The notes beneath the pieces were generated by a model. The model worked only from the letters and a program-made list of their open reading frames with translations, ran no database searches and was not told where the DNA came from. A program made the translations under genes and the position numbers. Below, piece after piece: positions 12,321-25,182 of a stretch of 64,000 bases of DNA; the first letter of the stretch is position 1; every line of letters begins with the position of its first letter. The stretch is taken from contig JAUCBJ010000961.1 of the NCBI GenBank assembly GCA_032718475.1, positions 1 to 64,000 of the forward strand. The letters are read 5' to 3'. This DNA comes from Nemertoderma westbladi (lineage: Eukaryota > Animalia > Xenacoelomorpha).

Positions 12321-14381
12321 CTAAATTATAAGTTACTGAAATATATTTAAGTACTGAAAATTGTCTGATTTCTTCTGTCACTGGTGTTCTGGGTATGACC
12401 TCATTAGGATTCAACTCAGGTTATCCTTTATTATCTTAATAATAATCTATAACAGTGGCTATTTTAAATAGTTAATATTTTCCATATTATTTATCAGTCA
12501 TAGCCGCGCGCGCGCAGCTGTGATAATGCATTAGATGATGGATTGGTGTAGTTAGTGCGCAATTCGGATTACTTAATGCTTCCTGGGCTGGGGAATGAAT
12601 CCATCAATAGGTGTTGGTAGTGTAAATGATTCAGCCCTGTTCTCGGAGGCAGTGCTTCTTCTAGCCTATTAATACTATCCTATTAATTTAACTATTGGCG
12701 CGGAATAAAGTGAATGAAGTTGCACCACTGTTAGTCTTTACACAACCTATACTCCTATGTATTCATACATTATAAATAAGGGCCTGATTATTATTTACGT
12801 AATCGTGTAAACGGGATTTCATTGAATTTTGCTGCTGCAACCATGGCCACCTGTTCACCATGGTTACACTCTGCCATGTATATTAATCGTTGACAATAAG
12901 AAGCTACGTGCTTTGCTTTCTCTTTGACGAACTAAGTCAGCAGTTAAACAGCGTGAGATTCCGGATTCGATGGTTAATGGAAATGCTAATTGAATGTGGA
13001 TGATTGCCGACCCAAACTCGGTTTGACGTCCCACAAAAATCCGCGGATACCCTCCAGGGAAATTAGCATTTATTTGCCTTCACAAGACATATATTCTCTT
13101 CACATAAATTTTCCTTTAATATTTAACAAGCCTAGGATGGCCTACATACGTTGACAACACGTGTTGGTGGATTTGTTGTAATCACATTAAAAAAACGAAA
13201 TTGGATTAAACAATTCCAGATTAATGATGTTTCTTCTGAATAAATCAATGATATTAGTAATTAGTCGAGTTGAGAAACCTATCTGTGGGGCTAGCCTCGT
13301 TTTATAAGAGGACTTAGCTTATAGATACACGGTGATCATTTGTTTAATGTTGTCTTACGTGGCTGTCTTGCTCGAATTATGTTAACGTCACGATTACCCC
13401 ATTTACTATTCCGATATACATCCATATGTCTACCGATACGCATGTCTCATCATGTACACACCCTGAATGGTATGGATTCCACATTACTTGATTTATAATG
13501 GGATCCCACGCAATCCTCATTAAGTTACGAATGTGGTATGAAGCGCCATGCCATGTCATATAATACAATACAATGCTGCTATGAGTATGATATTATACCT
13601 TTATTATTCCCGAAACCCAGGAACAACTGGAGTTTCAGATTAATTTCTGCAACTCAGTTCTGTTTTTTATGTTGTTATGTATGTATGTACCGCAACTGCA
13701 CCGGCTATGGTACCGTTGAATGTGAACGGGCTCCGGGTAGTGTACTTCTGGCAATACCGCAAGATTAACAAATGTGTCCAAACTACCTGCCAATGGGTAG
13801 TTCGCCGCTCACGCACCGGTGAGTGTGAACGGGCCTTTAAGTATTAGGAACTATTTATTTCGTGTTTAATATGGGTGAAAACTGGGTTATTTCCCTTGGA
13901 AACCCACAAGGAATTTGAGCTAAAGTTTTTTTTTAATCTGATAATAGCCTGAGTTTTAGGTTTTAACTATTTCCAGTTTTTCCCGAGATGATATCCAATC
14001 AGATAAAATTATTAAATCGTCATGCTCATGCTCATGGCTTCGTTTCGATACATAACGTAGAAAACCCTAAATTTTTGTATATCTTTACATATTATACGTA
14101 GCAGCTACCTGACATTGTTCATCGACAAAGTACAATTTACATAGCAACGAGGTTCTAGTTGTAATATTTCCCAGGGAATAATGTTAAGCTGATGGCGTAT
14201 AAAGTTATAAATCAATAAGTAATCAGGTAATCGCAATCGATGTCGGGTCTTGGGTCGCACATATTGTTAACATATTGTCTTTAAAGATTAGTGGAATCCA
14301 GGAAAGCCATAAATTGGCTTTTCTGGAAGTGAAAGAACAGTAAATCATTTTTTCTCTAATTTAATATTTTTTGTGTTTCAG

Positions 14382-14518
14382 GGAGAACCTTGCTACAGAT
14401 ACGTACCTACGTTCTCAGATGGATGGCGAACAGTTTGTCAATGTCTGGACTATAGCGTCCTTCAACATGGTCAAACGACTTACGAGCGACGTGGATCTGG
14501 TTATCGCGGTGCTCAAAG
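14382..14518 (+). CDS. LARP4: La-related protein 4/4B, La-motif exon (first exon visible)
   Basis: TTTCAG|G GAG AAC..: (R)ENLATDTYLRSQMDGEQFVNVWTIASFNMVKRLTSDVDLVIAVLK resembles the LARP4 La motif; donor AAG|GTTAGT. This frame is not in the supplied ORF track. Confidence 0.9.
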
Positions 14519-14807
14519 GTTAGTAGTAGACTTATTATATCTACGCGTTAAAACTGAAATACTAATGGAAGGACATTAGTCGCACCCAATCGGGTTAACT
14601 TTAAATTTAACCAGTCTATTACAGTCTATTAAGTTCCATTTATTATATTTATTGAACATAGAGCACCCCGGTCAAAACAAATCAACCCGGGCGCGGTCAA
14701 GTTTAGCGAACGGCCGATCCCTATAGTCATTAGAAAAATAATCAATGCAGTAAGGTGCTACTGGGTTGTTATCATTTGTAATGATATTATTTTATTTTAT
14801 TGTTTAG

Positions 14808-14911
14808 ACTCACATTTAGTTGAGGTAGACGAAGTGAATCTCCGTGTGCGACCTGCTTGTAAACGTTGTATAATCATACTGCGGGAGGTTCCTGGTGAAA
14901 CCCCGATGGAG
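14808..14911 (+). CDS. LARP4: LARP4 La-motif end / RRM start exon (to the first donor)
   Basis: TTTAG|AC: DSHLVEVDEVNLRVRPACKRCIIILREVPGETPME|GTGAGT, compare LARP4 [31 protein letters not shown]. Phases 1 and 0 fit the neighbouring exons. Confidence 0.9.
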
Positions 14912-17900
14912 GTGAGTAAACGTTGTATAATCATACTGCGGGAGGTTCCTGGTGAAACCCCGATGGAGGTGAGTAAACGTTGTATAATCATACTGCGGGA
15001 GGTTCCTGGTGAAACCCCGATGGAGGTGAGTAAACGTTGTATAATCATACTGCGGGAGGTTCCTGGTGAAACCCCGATGGAGGTGAGTAAACGTTGTATA
15101 ATCATACTGCGGGAGGTTCCTGGTGAAACCCCGATGGAGGTGAGTAAACGTTGTATAATCATACTGCGGGAGGTTCCTGGTGAAACCCCGATGGAGGTGA
15201 GTAAACGTTGTATAATCATACTTCGGGAGGTTCCTGGTGAAACCCCGATGGAGATGAGTAAACGTTGTATAATCATACTTCGGGAGGTTCCTGGTGAAAC
15301 CCCGATGGAGGTGAGTAAACGTTGTATAATCATACTTCGGGAGGTTCCTGGTGAAACCCCGATGGAGGTGAGTAAACGTTGTATAATCATACTGCGGGAG
15401 GTTCCTGGTGAAACCCCGATGGAGGTGAGTAAACGTTGTATAATCATACTTCGGGAGGTTCCTGGTGAAACCCCGATGGAGGTGAGTAAACGTTGTATAA
15501 TTATACTGCGGGAGGTTCCTGGTGAAACCCCGATGGAGGTGAGTAAACGTTGTATAATCATACTTCGGGAGGTTCCTGGTGAAACCCCGATGGAGGTGAG
15601 TAAACGTTGTATAATCATACTTCGGGAGGTTCCTGGTGAAACCCCGATGGAGGTGAGTAAACGTTGTATAATCATACTTCGGGAGGTTCCTGGTGAAACC
15701 CCGATGGAGGTTGGTAAACGTTGTATAATAATTATACTTCGGGAGGTTCCTGGTGAAACCCCGATGGAGGTGAGTAAACGTTGTATAATCATACTTCGGG
15801 AGGTTCCTGGTGAAACCCCGATGGAGGTGAGTAAACGTTGTATAATCATACTTCGGGAGGTTCCTGGTGAAACCCCGATGGAGGTGAGTAAACGTTGTAT
15901 AATAATTATACTTCGGGAGGTTCCTGGTGAAACCCCGATGGAGGTGAGTAAACGTTGTATAATCATACTTCGGGAGGTTCCTGGTGAAACCCCGATGGAG
16001 GTGAGTAAACGTTGTATAATCATACTTCGGGAGGTTCCTGGTGAAACCCCGATGGAGGTGAGTAAACGTTGTATAATCATACTTCGGGAGGTTCCTGGTG
16101 AAACCCCGATGGAGGTGAGTAAACGTTGTATAATCATACTTCGGGAGGTTCCTGGTGAAACCCCGATGGAGGTGAGTAAACGTTGTATAATAATTATACT
16201 TCGGGAGGTTCCTGGTGAAACCCCGATGGAGGTGAGTAAACGTTGTATAATCATACTTCGGGAGGTTCCTGGTGAAACCCCGATGGAGGTGAGTAAACGT
16301 TGTATAATAATTATACTTCGGGAGGTTCCTGGTGAAACCCCGATGGAGGTTGGTAAACGTTGTATAATAATTATACTTCGGGAGGTTCCTGGTGAAACCC
16401 CGATGGAGGTGAGTAAACGTTGTATAATCATACTTCGGGAGGTTCCTGGTGAAACCCCGATGGAGGTTGGTAAACGTTGTATAATAATTATACTTCGGGA
16501 GGTTCCTGGTGAAACCCCGATGGAGGTGAGTAAACGTTGTATAATCATACTTCGGGAGGTTCCTGGTGAAACCCCGATGGAGGTGAGTAAACGTTGTATA
16601 ATCATACTGCGGGAGGTTCCTGGTGAAACCCCGATGGAGGTTAGTAAACGTTGTATAATCATACTGCGGGAGGTTCCTGGTGAAACCCCGATGGAGGTGA
16701 GTAAACGTTGTATAATCATACTTCGGGAGGTTCCTGGTGAAACCCCGATGGAGGTGAGTAAACGTTGTATAATAATTATACTTCGGGAGGTTCCTGGTGA
16801 AACCCCGATGGAGGTGAGTAAACGTTGTATAATCATACTTCGGGAGGTTCCTGGTGAAACCCCGATGGAGGTGAGTAAACGTTGTATAATCATACTTCGG
16901 GAGGTTCCTGGTGAAACCCCGATGGAGGTGAGTAAACGTTGTATAATCATACTACGGGAGGTTCCTGGTGAAACCCCGATGGAGGTGAGTAAACGTTGTA
17001 TAATCATACTGCGGGAGGTTCCTGGTGAAACCCCGATGGAGGTGAGTAAACGTTGTATAATCATACTTCGGGAGGTTCCTGGTGAAACCCCGATGGAGGT
17101 GAGTAAACGTTGTATAATCATACTTCGGGAGGTTCCTGGTGAAACCCCGATGGAGGTGAGTAAACGTTGTATAATCATACTTCGGGAGGTTCCTGGTGAA
17201 ACCCCGATGGAGGTGAGTAAACGTTGTATAATCATACTTCGGGAGGTTCCTGGTGAAACCCCGATGGAGGTGAGTAAACGTTGTATAATCATACTACGGG
17301 AGGTTCCTGGTGAAACCCCGATGGAGGTGAGTAAACGTTGTATAATCATACTGCGGGAGGTTCCTGGTGAAACCCCGATGGAGGTGAGTAAACGTTGTAT
17401 AATCATACTTCGGGAGGTTCCTGGTGAAACCCCGATGGAGGTGAGTAAACGTTGTATAATCATACTTCGGGAGGTTCCTGGTGAAACCCCGATGGAGGTG
17501 AGTAAACGTTGTATAATCATACTTCGGGAGGTTCCTGGTGAAACCCCGATGGAGGTGAGTAAACGTTGTATAATCATACTGCGGGAGGTTCCTGGTGAAA
17601 CCCCGATGGAGGTGAGTAAACGTTGTATAATCATACTTCGGGAGGTTCCTGGTGAAACCCCGATGGAGGTGAGTAAACGTTGTATAATCATACTTCGGGA
17701 GGTTCCTGGTGAAACCCCGATGGAGGTGAGTAAACGTTGTATAATCATACTTCGGGAGGTTCCTGGTGAAACCCCGATGGAGGTGAGTAAACGTTGTATA
17801 ATCATACTTCGGGAGGTTCCTGGTGAAACCCCGATGGAGGTGAGTAAACGTTGTATAATCATACTTCGGGAGGTTCCTGGTGAAACCCCGATGGAGGTGA

Positions 17901-20900
17901 GTAAACGTTGTATAATCATACTTCGGGAGGTTCCTGGTGAAACCCCGATGGAGGTGAGTAAACGTTGTATAATCATACTTCGGGAGGTTCCTGGTGAAAC
18001 CCCGATGGAGGTGAGTAAACGTTGTATAATCATACTTCGGGAGGTTCCTGGTGAAACCCCGATGGAGGTGAGTAAACGTTGTATAATCATACTTCGGGAG
18101 GTTCCTGGTGAAACCCCGATGGAGGTGAGTAAACGTTGTATAATTATACTACGGGAGGTTCCTGGTGAAACCCCGATGGAGGTGAGTAAACGTTGTATAA
18201 TCATACTGCGGGAGGTTCCTGGTGAAACCCCGATGGAGGTGAGTAAACGTTGTATAATCATACTTCGGGAGGTTCCTGGTGAAACCCCGATGGAGGTGAG
18301 TAAACGTTGTATAATTATACTACGGGAGGTTCCTGGTGAAACCCCGATGGAGGTGAGTAAACGTTGTATAATCATACTTCGGGAGGTTCCTGGTGAAACC
18401 CCGATGGAGGTTGGTAAACGTTGTATAATCATACTGCGGGAGGTTCCTGGTGAAACCCCGATGGAGGTGAGTAAACGTTGTATAATCATACTTCGGGAGG
18501 TTCCTGGTGAAACCCCGATGGAGGTGAGTAAACGTTGTATAATCATACTACGGGAGGTTCCTGGTGAAACCCCGATGGAGGTGAGTAAACGTTGTATAAT
18601 CATACTTCGGGAGGTTCCTGGTGAAACCCCGATGGAGGTGAGTAAACGTTGTATAATCATACTGCGGGAGGTTCCTGGTGAAACCCCGATGGAGGTGAGT
18701 AAACGTTGTATAATCATACTTCGGGAGGTTCCTGGTGAAACCCCGATGGAGGTGAGTAAACGTTGTATAATCATACTTCGGGAGGTTCCTGGTGAAACCC
18801 CGATGGAGGTGAGTAAACGTTGTATAATCATACTTCGGGAGGTTCCTGGTGAAACCCCGATGGAGGTGAGTAAACGTTGTATAATCATACTACGGGAGGT
18901 TCCTGGTGAAACCCCGATGGAGGTGAGTAAACGTTGTATAATCATACTTCGGGAGGTTCCTGGTGAAACCCCGATGGAGGTGAGTAAACGTTGTATAATC
19001 ATACTTCGGGAGGTTCCTGGTGAAACCCCGATGGAGGTGAGTAAACGTTGTATAATCATACTACGGGAGGTTCCTGGTGAAACCCCGATGGAGGTGAGTA
19101 AACGTTGTATAATCATACTTCGGGAGGTTCCTGGTGAAACCCCGATGGAGGTGAGTAAACGTTGTATAATCATACTTCGGGAGGTTCCTGGTGAAACCCC
19201 GATGGAGGTGAGTAAACGTTGTATAATCATACTTCGGGAGGTTCCTGGTGAAACCCCGATGGAGATGAGTAAACGTTGTATAATCATACTTCGGGAGGTT
19301 CCTGGTGAAACCCCGATGGAGGTGAGTAAACGTTGTATAATCATACTGCGGGAGGTTCCTGGTGAAACCCCGATGGAGGTGAGTAAACGTTGTATAATCA
19401 TACTACGGGAGGTTCCTGGTGAAACCCCGATGGAGGTGAGTAAACGTTGTATAATCATACTTCGGGAGGTTCCTGGTGAAACCCCGATGGAGGTGAGTAA
19501 ACGTTGTATAATCATACTGCGGGAGGTTCCTGGTGAAACCCCGATGGAGGTGAGTAAACGTTGTATAATCATACTTCGGGAGGTTCCTGGTGAAACCCCG
19601 ATGGAGGTGAGTAAACGTTGTATAATCATACTACGGGAGGTTCCTGGTGAAACCCCGATGGAGGTGAGTAAACGTTGTATAATCATACTTCGGGAGGTTC
19701 CTGGTGAAACCCCGATGGAGGTGAGTAAACGTTGTATAATCATACTACGGGAGGTTCCTGGTGAAACCCCGATGGAGGTGAGTAAACGTTGTATAATCAT
19801 ACTACGGGAGGTTCCTGGTGAAACCCCGATGGAGGTGAGTAAACGTTGTATAATCATACTTCGGGAGGTTCCTGGTGAAACCCCGATGGAGGTGAGTAAA
19901 CGTTGTATAATCATACTTCGGGAGGTTCCTGGTGAAACCCCGATGGAGGTGAGTAAACGTTGTATAATCATACTTCGGGAGGTTCCTGGTGAAACCCCGA
20001 TGGAGATGAGTAAACGTTGTATAATCATACTTCGGGAGGTTCCTGGTGAAACCCCGATGGAGGTGAGTAAACGTTGTATAATCATACTGCGGGAGGTTCC
20101 TGGTGAAACCCCGATGGAGGTGAGTAAACGTTGTATAATCATACTACGGGAGGTTCCTGGTGAAACCCCGATGGAGGTGAGTAAACGTTGTATAATCATA
20201 CTTCGGGAGGTTCCTGGTGAAACCCCGATGGAGGTGAGTAAACGTTGTATAATCATACTGCGGGAGGTTCCTGGTGAAACCCCGATGGAGGTGAGTAAAC
20301 GTTGTATAATCATACTTCGGGAGGTTCCTGGTGAAACCCCGATGGAGGTGAGTAAACGTTGTATAATCATACTACGGGAGGTTCCTGGTGAAACCCCGAT
20401 GGAGGTGAGTAAACGTTGTATAATCATACTTCGGGAGGTTCCTGGTGAAACCCCGATGGAGGTGAGTAAACGTTGTATAATCATACTGCGGGAGGTTCCT
20501 GGTGAAACCCCGATGGAGGTGAGTAAACGTTGTATAATCATACTTCGGGAGGTTCCTGGTGAAACCCCGATGGAGGTGAGTAAACGTTGTATAATCATAC
20601 TTCGGGAGGTTCCTGGTGAAACCCCGATGGAGGTGAGTAAACGTTGTATAATCATACTACGGGAGGTTCCTGGTGAAACCCCGATGGAGGTGAGTAAACG
20701 TTGTATAATCATACTTCGGGAGGTTCCTGGTGAAACCCCGATGGAGGTGAGTAAACGTTGTATAATCATACTACGGGAGGTTCCTGGTGAAACCCCGATG
20801 GAGGTGAGTAAACGTTGTATAATTATACTACGGGAGGTTCCTGGTGAAACCCCGATGGAGGTGAGTAAACGTTGTATAATCATACTACGGGAGGTTCCTG

Positions 20901-22330
20901 GTGAAACCCCGATGGAGGTGAGTAAACGTTGTATAATTATACTACGGGAGGTTCCTGGTGAAACCCCGATGGAGGTGAGTAAACGTTGTATAATCATACT
21001 GCGGGAGGTTCCTGGTGAAACCCCGATGGAGGTGAGTAAACGTTGTATAATTATACTTTGGGAGGTTCCTGGTGAAACCCCGATGGAGGTTAGTAAACGT
21101 TGTATAATCATACTTCGGGAGGTTCCTGGTGAATCCCCGATGGAGGTGAGTAAACGTTGTATAATCATACTGCGGGAGGTTCCTGGTGAAACCCCGATGG
21201 AGGTGAGTAAACGTTGTATAATCATACTTCGGGAGGTTCCTGGTGAAACCCCGATGGAGGTGAGTAAACGTTGTATAATCATACTGCGGGAGGTTCCTGG
21301 TGAAACCCCGATGGAGGTGAGTAAACGTTGTATAATCATACTGCGGGAGGTTCCTGGTGAAACCCCGATGGAGGTTAGTAAACGTTGTATAATCATACTT
21401 CGGGAGGTTCCTGGTGAAACCCCGATGGAGGTGAGTAAACGTTGTATAATCATACTTCGGGAGGTTCCTGGTGAATCCCCGATGGAGGTGAGTAAACGTT
21501 GTATAATCATACTTCGGGAGGTTCCTGGTGAAACCCCGATGGAGGTGAGTAAACGTTGTATAATCATACTTCGGGAGGTTCCTGGTGAAACCCCGATGGA
21601 GGTGAGTAAACGTTGTATAATCATACTTCGGGAGGTTCCTGGTGAAACCCCGATGGAGGTGAGTAAACGTTGTATAATCATACTTCGGGAGGTTCCTGGT
21701 GAAACCCCGATGGAGGTGAGTAAACGTTGTATAATCATACTTCGGGAGGTTCCTGGTGAAACCCCGATGGAGGTGAGTAAACGTTGTATAATCATACTTC
21801 GGGAGGTTCCTGGTGAAACCCCGATGGAGGTGAGTAAACGTTGTATAATCATACTTCGGGAGGTTCCTGGTGAAACCCCGATGGAGGTGAGTAAACGTTG
21901 TATAATCATACTTCGGGAGGTTCCTGGTGAAACCCCGATGGAGGTGAGTAAACGTTGTATAATCATACTTCGGGAGGTTCCTGGTGAAACCCCGATGGAG
22001 GTGAGTAAACGTTGTATAATCATACTGCGGGAGGTTCCTGGTGAAACCCCGATGGAGGTGAGTAAACGTTGTATAATCATACTGCGGGAGGTTCCTGGTG
22101 AAACCCCGATGGAGGTGAGTAAACGTTGTATAATCATACTGCGGGAGGTTCCTGGTGAAACCCCGATGGAGGTGAGTAAACGTTGTATAATCATACTGCG
22201 GGAGGTTCCTGGTGAAACCCCGATGGAGGTGAGTAAACGTTGTATAATCATACTTCGGGAGGTTCCTGGTGAAACCCCGATGGAGGTGAGTAAACGTTGT
22301 ATAATCATACTGCGGGAGGTTCCTGGTGAA
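14859..22330 (+). repeat. 57-bp tandem array (~130 copies) built from the LARP4 exon 3' end plus splice donor
   Basis: Unit GTAAACGTTGTATAATCATACTKCGGGAGGTTCCTGGTGAAACCCCGATGGAGGTGA. The first unit overlaps the exon, and a few units are 60 bp (+ATA). Confidence 0.97.
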
Positions 22331-22444
22331 TCGTTATAGTTACTTTAATTAGTTACTTATAGTTAATTACTATTACTAATTACTATTAGTTAATAGTTAC
22401 TTTATTGTCAATCATATTGATGTTAGTTTATTTAATAAGAGTAA

Positions 22445-22905
22445 TATTATTAATATTCCCAGATGGTATCCATTTTTGATAGAGCTACCCAAGCCTTTGC
22501 TTTCCTAACTTCTATGTCCTTTTTGCTACTCTCTATCCATGATCCAAGGTACTGGAAGTCGTCGACCTTCCTTAGTTGATTATTATCAATGGTTGTCAAC
22601 ATTAAAGGTCATGAATTCGGTCTTGGTAGCATTTACATGCAATCCAACCTCCTTAGCAGCCCTCTCCACTTTATTTAGTAGAAGCTGTGCATCTGCTAGC
22701 GTATTAGAGAGCAGGGCGATGTCATCCGCAAAGTCGGTGTCTGTGACTGTAGTTGCCGGATATCTACTACTTCTCCGTTCTTGAAGTGTGAATCCCAGAT
22801 CTTCATCCTTTGTGGCCGTCCTCATTGCGTAATCCAGCACAATTACAAATAGTAATGGTGCTAATGTGTCACCTTGCTGTACGCCAGTCAGGATTGAGTC
22901 TGAGT
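22445..22905 (-). mobile_element. RTE-clade LINE reverse transcriptase fragment (intronic)
   Basis: GVQQGDTLAPLLFVIVLDYAMR..DTDFADDIALL, and further on VDDFQYLGSWIES..KAWVALSKMDTIW. Confidence 0.85.
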
Positions 22906-22913
22906 GTCTGTTT

Positions 22914-23047
22914 ATTTGCATCCCGCAGAACTTCGTGTTGTTTTTATCGACATTGAAGCCTTGAAGGGATTCTATAGTAACTGGTTTATTTTCCTTGTTT
23001 AACGGGTTTTTGTATGGCTATAATAGTCGTTTGGGAATAAACTACAA
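22914..23047 (+). repeat. Dispersed ~135-bp repeat, copy 1
   Basis: Near-identical to 25884-26020 (TTTGCATCCCGCAGAACTTCGTGTTG...GGGAATAAACTACAA). Confidence 0.85.
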
Positions 23048-23128
23048 CTTTATCATAAACGTACTGTCCCTATTTAACTTTTTAACTGGTTTTCTCACAA
23101 TAATTTGTTAACATGATTATCTACCCAG

Positions 23129-23287
23129 GAGGTGAGGGCCTTGTTCTCCAATCCCAGATGTCCCCCGCATCTGTCGTGTCATTATGCCGGGAACGACAAC
23201 TGGTATATATCCTTCGAGACTTCGCAGGACGCCCAGGCAGCATTCGCGTTTATTCGTAGCGAAACCTTTCTTGGGAAAGAGGTTAAG
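23129..23287 (+). CDS. LARP4: LARP4 RRM exon
   Basis: CCCAG|GAG: EVRALFSNPRCPPHLSCHYAGNDNWYISFETSQDAQAAFAFIRSETFLGKEVK|GTAAGT, compare LARP4 EVKGLF..NSNWYITFQSDTDAQQAF; phase 0/0. Confidence 0.92.
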
Positions 23288-23899
23288 GTAAGTTGTTGTT
23301 GTAGCCGACTTATTGTATACTTTTTCACCTATAATAGTATCTAATTTCACACATCCATGCGGCGGTTTGCAGTTCCCTGCACCGGTACAGTCTGCTAATT
23401 GGATGCAATTGGCCAATTGGTAGCAAAAGTGTGAGGTCTAAAGGAGTTGGTTAACATAATTAAATTACTAATATTTGTAAGATAACCATGACAACAGAAA
23501 AGCTATATGAGTATGACGGAATTAAGCCTAGATACTTGGGCTTGTTCAAGTAAATCTATATATAGTTTAAAGGGACATTATAATTATTTTGTATGGAGCT
23601 ATTCGTTGTCGTTTTTAAGTACACTTCTACCCCGTAAAGCAGCCCTGTGCCCAAGGCCTTCCATTCACTGACAGTTTCACTCCTGCCCGCATGAGTATAG
23701 GTAAATTCCAAAGCCACAAAGATAAATACAGGTAAATACACCTCTGAAGGGGAAAATCTCTTCTCCCAATTGAATTCCCAATACTCAAAAAGATCTCTCA
23801 ACTTTGACTTGTAGGAGTCCTGAATGATTAAATACTAGTATATAGTTGAACGAATCCATGCCAAGGCAGCTCATAAATATATACCAATCGTAAAAAGGA

Positions 23900-24570
23900 T
23901 GAAAGCCCTAATAAGGAGGAAGAATGCTTGGATCCGCTCAACTATAAGCTCAAGGAAAGGATATCCACTACCAAAAAGCTTATAGATGTGGCGAAAGTCT
24001 ACCGATGAAGCTGATAAGGTGGACCACTGATCCAAGACACTAGTCCGTCGCCTTCGCAATCCACTTTCAAACAACAAACCCAGCATTATCTAATCAACGC
24101 AACTACTACCTCTTTTAAAACCAACCCGAAAAGGTTCTGGTCTTACTTTGGAAGCCAACAACACCGTATTCCTCCAGATAAAGTACAAAATGAATTCAGG
24201 AGAAAGATTCAATCGATCAACAAGATGGAGATGACATAATAATCTCAAGAGGGAAATAAAAAAAAAATGCGACATCGGAACCAATTAACCCACCCGTTGT
24301 TATGAAACGACGGGGACATAAGAAAGGGAAATCACCCAACTTTCATTATCTTACAGTGGAGCCCCTTTTCTATACCAACCCCGATACAACCTCTAAGACT
24401 AATGCCAACATCTTTAATGGTTCTATCAGACTTGGTAAAGTACCTCATACCTTCGGGAACACCACTGGTTACCCATGTGTACAAGGGAAAGAAAAAGGAA
24501 TCCCCAGCTCGCGCCCTCTTATCGTCCTATTGCCTCAATACCTATCCTCGCGAAAGTCTTGGAGGGATCA
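23900..24570 (+). mobile_element. Degenerate LINE ORF2 fragment (CR1/L2-like)
   Basis: Frameshifted motifs NPKRFWSY (~24123) and VTHVYKG..YRPIASIP (~24468-24542). Boundaries uncertain. Confidence 0.5.
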
Positions 24571-25182
24571 ATATTATCGTTGTACTTCTCGGAGTAACTC
24601 AACAAATAAATAAATAAAAAATAATTAGTGCGGACACGGCAATTATTGGACAAGCACTTGGATGCATAGAATATTATCGTCAATATAAAACTCCTCTATG
24701 AATGCCAATAATGGTGAAGATTTACATCCCGCGTGTTTGCACGCCACTAGTATAAAACAAAATTTCTATTATGAGCCCCGGAAGCTATTATTAACGGAAG
24801 TCTTATAAAAGCACATAGGAAGCTACTAACAGCTACGTAGACTACCTCTCTGAGGGAAATTATGTGGGTAACAAAATACCATTTACGGCTTAATAGTGGG
24901 CTCTCACGTATAAAACCCGGGGAACTAAAATTAAATGAGAAAAATGATGCTAGCTTTATCTCAAACTGCTATAAAGTGGCAATATTTCCTCGCTAGACAC
25001 AAATATATCCTTGACTATTTTGGAATCATATAACCCAACACTAGTATTATAAAATTTAAGCGCTGTTAGTTCCATGCTGAACCTGATTAGTCACCGAGTC
25101 ACCGATTAGTCATTGTGTTGTAATGCGATTACATATTTAGCAATGTCCTTGTAAACTTTTACCTTATTTATTTATATTCCAG

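Noticed and set aside
13621-13670. EQLEF-like candidate for the missing LARP4 La-motif exon
   Set aside because: Similarity stops after five residues, and there is no FSR or suitable phase-2 donor.
13700-13842. Harbinger-like terminus GTGTGAACGGGCCTTTAA
   Set aside because: No matching left TIR was found, so an element cannot be delimited.
14834-22339. 2501-aa ORF as a stand-alone gene
   Set aside because: It starts at an internal GTG of a LARP4 exon. It is read-through of the exon-donor array, not an independent gene.
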